Below, piece by piece: positions 59,301-64,000 of a DNA stretch of 64,000 bases; positions within the stretch are counted from its first letter, which is position 1; every line of letters starts with the position of its first letter. This DNA comes from Oikopleura dioica. Taxonomy: Eukaryota > Animalia > Chordata. The notes beneath the pieces are model-generated. The model worked only from the letters and a program-made list of their open reading frames with translations, was not told where the DNA came from and did no database searches. The stretch lies in NCBI GenBank assembly GCA_907165135.1, contig OU015567.1, forward strand, positions 14,508,001 to 14,572,000, read 5' to 3'. The translations under genes and the position numbers were made by a program.

Positions 59301-61809
59301 CGTTTGCATCGGGCGACAACGGAAGAACAGAATTTCACCATCACAACCCTACGCACAGAAAGTGAAGCTCTCCCCCAATGTTACTTCGTCTCCAAAGCCC
59401 AGGCACATGTCAAAATCTGGCGACCAATAAGGAAATCCCTCACCCAAAAGATCATCTGGAACCCTAAACACCACGACCAAGTAAAAGATCTGGAATTTTA
59501 TGGACATATGGTGGCAGCTACGTATTTCGAACCAGGCCTCGCTGCGGAAAACTTGATCGGACTCCCGGTCCGAGATTTGTTCCCCAAAATCGACAACCAA
59601 AATGCGCGAATCCGAGAACGAATTGAAGATGGGGCGAACATGTTGGCACTCATGTTTGAGTTGAACGACAAAGATCAGCTGGACAGTTTGGTGGTGGGGA
59701 ATGGCTCACTGTCGGTGAAAAGCAGCCAATGGCAGGAGCGTTTCCATTTCTCTGCAAAACAGAGAGAAAGAATGAGAAACCACCAAGAAAAGAACATCCG
59801 TCGCCTGCAGCTAGAAGGTTTGGGGATGATGCGAAACCATTTTCCAGAGGTGTTCAACTCTGCGAAGATGACTGAATGGCTGGAGAAGAAGCTGAAGCCG
59901 GACATCCGATTTCACTCCCCTCAAATTATGGAAGGTATCCGAAAGGGCTTCCTGGAAAGCCTACACATCCTCCAAACTACCCAGAATGAAAAGAACCGTC
60001 GGGTAGAGACAGCTTTGGAGAAAGTGTTCACGGACAGAAAAGGAGAACCTGCGGAGACCAACAACCCAAATCGCCGACTCCCAATAGTCAACTGGATGGA
60101 CGCCAACACAACTGGAGGTTTGGGGGTCTTGCGGAAAATGGAGGAGAAGAAATATCGTATCTCAACCTTATTCCTTCAAGAAAATATCAAAGAAGGCCGA
60201 CCATATGAAGAGGCGGCGAAAAGGGCCAAAAGGAGACGAGAAGTTTTGGAGAAAGAAATGCGCCAGCTAAACGTGCACGATCTTCAGGATTCACTGGATA
60301 ATGAGGAGATCAAGGTTCCCAAGCCGCTCAAACCCGACAGCTCAGAGTATAAGAAGTTCAGCTTTACCATCCCGGTAGATAAGCGAACAGAAGAAGATTG
60401 GAGACGATTGGAAAGGGAACAAGAAAAGGAGACAGAAGAAGCGCTCAAGAAAGCTGCGGAAAGAGCGGAGGAATCAGACTCCTCCTGCACTGATACTGAA
60501 CCCACCACCTTCTTTTTTGTTCCAGATGAAAATGTGCAGGATTGGGGAGAACTTATGTGTGCTGATGAGAAGTCGGGAAGTTCGGCAACAGCTTCAGAAA
60601 ACACAACGATCACGGTGATCAATAAACAACCGGAAGTACAGCCAATACAGCCGGAGGAAGTGAAATCACCAGAGTCGGGAGAAACGGGGGATGAGACAAT
60701 CACCACACCTTCAAGACCGGCTTTAGCCTCAAACGAAGTGGAAGCCGAAGCGGAAGAGGAAGACTCGGGCATCCAAACAGCGCCTAAAATCGACCCAACA
60801 CAACCTCAGGGCAGAACGACTCCGATGTTTGACCAGATTGTGGAAAATGTGGTGGAAGCTGATGAGGACACGGACGTCCGTGTCCACTACAGTTCTGATC
60901 TTCAGGGAACCCTTGAATATTGGAACAAAAAGGCTGAACAACCGGAAACATCGGGCGACCACCCTCAAACATCACACCAAGGACAAGCAACAGAAACAGC
61001 AGACCCAACCGATCCTGAAGAAAAGAAGCGAGCGGAAGCAGCTGAAGAAGCTTTGGTGGCACAAGTGCAACAACTAGGGGTAAATCCAGACGAACTGAAC
61101 AGCCGTGAAAAGGCAGTGGCGGATTGGTTGCTAAATGGCCTTAAAATCGTCCCATCAAAACAAAACCAACAATTGAAATTCCAACGAGGAATGGAGAATA
61201 GGGTGAAAGTCAGCCTGGAGCTGGAAGTCGTGCCTGAAGAAGTCATGGGCGCAGAATCACTGGTAGCTTTACCACCCGTTAAAGAACCGGTCGCGCAAGC
61301 ACAGATTGCCCGAAGGCTGCTCCCAGAATTTGGAATTAATTCCCCCCAACAAACAGTAGCGCGAAGCCAAATTGTGGTGGATCTCACGGCTCAAGAAATT
61401 CGCAAGGTGCACCGAATGGCGTTATTCATCTCTGATGTCGCGGTCACCGGGAGAAATATGGAATTTGTGGAAGAAGAGGCGCAGGAATTGTGCGCGATCC
61501 TTCACCAAAGTAAGTCTCAAAGAGGGTCAAAGAATTATTCCGAAAAGCGTTTGAAAAAGGTCTAAACTAACAAATGTGTTTAGAACCTCTGGCAGTCACC
61601 CAAACAATTGCAAATTTTGCAAAAGAAGACTCCGCCTTGCGATGCGATATTATTCGTAGGGAACTGGCAAAAGCGGTGAAAAAACTGCGAATTCAGGTAA
61701 GACCTTATCAGCCCCAATTATGAATGAATCCTCACTCTTAAATAAGGGAGGCATCCGGCTTTGGGCGATGGATTTTCTACCACTGGAAGAAGAAGCAGAG
61801 ATGAAATAG
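56310..61809 (+). CDS. Giant orphan protein (~1,780 aa), spliced at its 3' end
   Basis: 5.2-kb open frame. Then GTAAGT intron 61510-61583, exon 61584-61696 (KPLAV...KLRIQ, open), GTAAG intron 61697-61746, last exon GGIRLWAMDFLPLEEEAEMK*. Probable in-frame intron 56487-56537. Cys/His clusters, no recognised domain. Confidence 0.8.
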
Positions 61810-62224
61810 CGGTCCACGCATAACTAGCACCACTTCACGAACACCCGAAAGGGATAGCCCGGAAAGAAGGGTTTTTTCTTGTGTTTATTTGGATATTTGG
61901 GTTTTGCATTCCTTCACCTCACAGATAATATATATATTCACCACACTTTCAAAAATTCTCGTGTTTTCTTGCTTGAAAAGTTCACGGTTATTTAGTTAGA
62001 AAAAGGACAGAAACTCTTTTCCCTCAATCATTGAACAGCGGTTGTGCTTTCGGGCCCTCTCAAAGGAACTCGGACTAAAGGTCAAATCTATTTGGCTGGG
62101 TCTGAAGTTGCGATGAGGGGCAACCCGAGGGGCGGAAGTTGTTTGCTGGTTGGGGAGAAAATTGGGTTGAGAAAATATGTCAAATAATAGCGGAAATGTT
62201 ATTTAGAAGGTTTCCCGGGACAAT

Positions 62225-63313
62225 ATGCCACCCAAGAAGAAACAAGCGGTGAAAGAAACCCCATATGTATCACCAAAAGCCCCAACACCAGAATATACCC
62301 AACCAAATGTTGGGGAAGATCAAAAAGAGGAAGAAGAAACGGAAGTGATGGAGAAGTCGGGAGACAACAAGACCCTTGAGCGAATGGAGAACGATATAGT
62401 AGAACTTCACCGAAGAATGGCCCAACTCAACCGCAAGTTGACCTTGACGAGTCAGTCTGCAGATCTAGTATGTCCGGGGGAAATCATCGAAGCGTTAGCG
62501 AAGGTAGAGGAGGAAACCGACAGATTCAAAGGGGAGAAAGAGGTATCGGTATACCAAGCGATTGCAGCCCAACAAGCATACACGGAATCCCTCACGTTGA
62601 CTTTTGGACCCCCAGCGGGAATGTTGTACAAATTGTTGCGATTTTCCATCCAATCCGAGTTCCGACACTTGTCAAGAGTGGAGCAATCGGCGAAAATGTT
62701 GTCACCAAACCATCATGTTTACAAGGAACTTCGAACAGTTTCAGCGTTGGTATGGGAGGTGATCAGCGACAGGAATCTGGCCTCGGATTGGGTGATAAGC
62801 ATTCGGGAAAGCGTCCGGATCACCATGGAAAAAGGCTACAAGTTGGTGTTTTCAGAGCTCCTGGAGATGGTGGTTGGGGATGAAATGGTTTCGAGAAAAA
62901 CAATGGAGATGAAAGTGCGGAGAGCAAGAAACTTGCTACAGCGTTTGTTTTCGGACGAAATGTTGGGAGTCAAACGTCTTCAAGAATGGATGGATGCAGA
63001 AAAGTCACCAAAGTTTACACGACGTCAGGCAATCGTGAAATTACGGGAGGTTTTCCCCTACCGAATGGAACTGCATGCTGGGAGCTACAAACTGTTGGGA
63101 TTGAGAGAAGCGGACAGAAGAATCGAAAATGGGGAGATCGAGAATTGGCCATCGGCATCGCCACCTGGATACTCCTCAGACGAGGAGCAATTGGAGACCG
63201 AGATGGAATTTGGGCGAAAGCGGCAGCGTTACGACGAAATGCCTGCCGGGAGAAGTTTGGATCAGATGTACGAAAGCCTCAAGATGAAAAGATCGGAAAA
63301 TTTGCGTTTCTAA
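62225..63313 (+). CDS. Gag-like ORF of a retroelement (inferred from position)
   Basis: Intronless 362 aa with a basic/Pro-rich N-terminus and coiled coil, directly upstream of the RT-like ORF. No diagnostic motif. Confidence 0.55.
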   Translation: MPPKKKQAVKETPYVSPKAPTPEYTQPNVGEDQKEEEETEVMEKSGDNKTLERMENDIVELHRRMAQLNRKLTLTSQSADLVCPGEIIEALAKVEEETDRFKGEKEVSVYQAIAAQQAYTESLTLTFGPPAGMLYKLLRFSIQSEFRHLSRVEQSAKMLSPNHHVYKELRTVSALVWEVISDRNLASDWVISIRESVRITMEKGYKLVFSELLEMVVGDEMVSRKTMEMKVRRARNLLQRLFSDEMLGVKRLQEWMDAEKSPKFTRRQAIVKLREVFPYRMELHAGSYKLLGLREADRRIENGEIENWPSASPPGYSSDEEQLETEMEFGRKRQRYDEMPAGRSLDQMYESLKMKRSENLRF

Positions 63314-63431
63314 AAGATTCTGTCCCCCAACAATTCCTGTTAAAGCCTGTACTTAATCGTCAGAGACATCACTGAACAAGGGGAAATGGATTTTAGGCGA
63401 CATATTAGGAGCTCACATTGCATATGTTTAG

Positions 63432-64000
63432 ATGGGAAAATCGGAGAAAGATGTGGAAGTGGAGATGCAGCGTCGCTTGCAACAAGGAGAATTCAACCCA
63501 ACAGAACACCCGACAGTGGGCGCGAACCAGTTTGACCCAACACATCCAGGTGATCTGAATTTCAAAAGCGAGCAATGGGAGTTAGAGAGATGGTTAGAGT
63601 ACGGAGCCGTAGCGCTAGAATTATTTGAAAAGCTTAAGAAGGGAGAGGTTGAACCTAGTTGGGAGATGGTGAAGTTCCGAACAGAGTCGGAGTTTGTGGC
63701 AGGATCCTTTTCGAACCACCCCCAGATCTGGTTAATTTTGATTAACCAAATGCCACCGGAAGCGCGAGCGGAGATTTATCACTCAGTCTGGGAAGGAGTG
63801 AATTTATTTGATAACCTCCAGGAAGTTAAACTGTCAAAACCGGCAAGTTACAAGAGGGTAGAGTTTGGTACGTATTTCGAGCGGAACCCGGATAATAAAA
63901 ATCGTAGTCACCTACACCCAAAATCCAAAACGGATCGAACCTCCAAATATTACCCTAAAAACGTGTTGGTTCCGGTGTTTGCAAAGGGACCGCAGAGGGG
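63432..64000 (+). CDS. N-terminus of a DIRS/Ngaro/PAT-like reverse transcriptase ORF (runs off the right edge)
   Basis: Manual translation MGKSEKDVEV...FVAGSFSNHPQIW...EIYHSVWEGVNLF resembles the pre-RT pattern (V)AG.L.....W....I..G(V/Y).L.F of tyrosine-recombinase retrotransposons. The RT core is outside the window. Confidence 0.55.
   Translation, partial: MGKSEKDVEVEMQRRLQQGEFNPTEHPTVGANQFDPTHPGDLNFKSEQWELERWLEYGAVALELFEKLKKGEVEPSWEMVKFRTESEFVAGSFSNHPQIWLILINQMPPEARAEIYHSVWEGVNLFDNLQEVKLSKPASYKRVEFGTYFERNPDNKNRSHLHPKSKTDRTSKYYPKNVLVPVFAKGPQR

Larger units (their letters stand above)
55380..64000 (+). mobile_element. Putative large DIRS-like retroelement region (left boundary uncertain)
   Basis: Shared purine-rich, long-exon coding style across three co-oriented ORFs, unlike the flanking host genes. 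No terminal repeat could be confirmed. Confidence 0.45.

Noticed and set aside
56310-61809. Env glycoprotein of a Tor/gypsy element
   Set aside because: No signal peptide, no TM anchor, no evident furin/fusion layout.
62986-63375. Overlapping ORF as a frameshift bridge from gag to pol
   Set aside because: It stops at 63375, and the RT-like frame is closed by stops upstream of 63432.

Overview
Very compact eukaryotic genomic DNA with many short (about 35-75 nt) introns, some non-canonical splice donors, and co-oriented genes only tens of bases apart. This fits a larvacean tunicate such as Oikopleura (inference, not proven). Minus strand 34.0-6.7 kb: a 10-gene operon-like run (WDFY3, DPM2, MAN2A, BMS1, KIAA0825-like?, TELO2, ALAD, TIGAR-like, TSFM, RBKS), most starts in an AG-A-ATG context suggesting SL trans-splicing. 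1-3.1 kb duplicates part of this run, next to an EAG/ELK K+ channel 5' fragment (PAS domain only). Plus strand 36.8-42.1 kb: TUSC3/MAGT1 and STT3B, with a small antisense gene nested in an STT3B intron. Then come a coiled-coil gene, a TRPM channel, tRNA-Ala(AGC) and many MITEs, two of which sit inside apparent coding exons and would have to be spliced out. From about 56 kb: a spliced ~1,780-aa orphan ORF, then a gag-like ORF and the start of a DIRS-like RT ORF, each preceded by a splice-acceptor-like AG. Exon boundaries were read by eye and are approximate unless stated.
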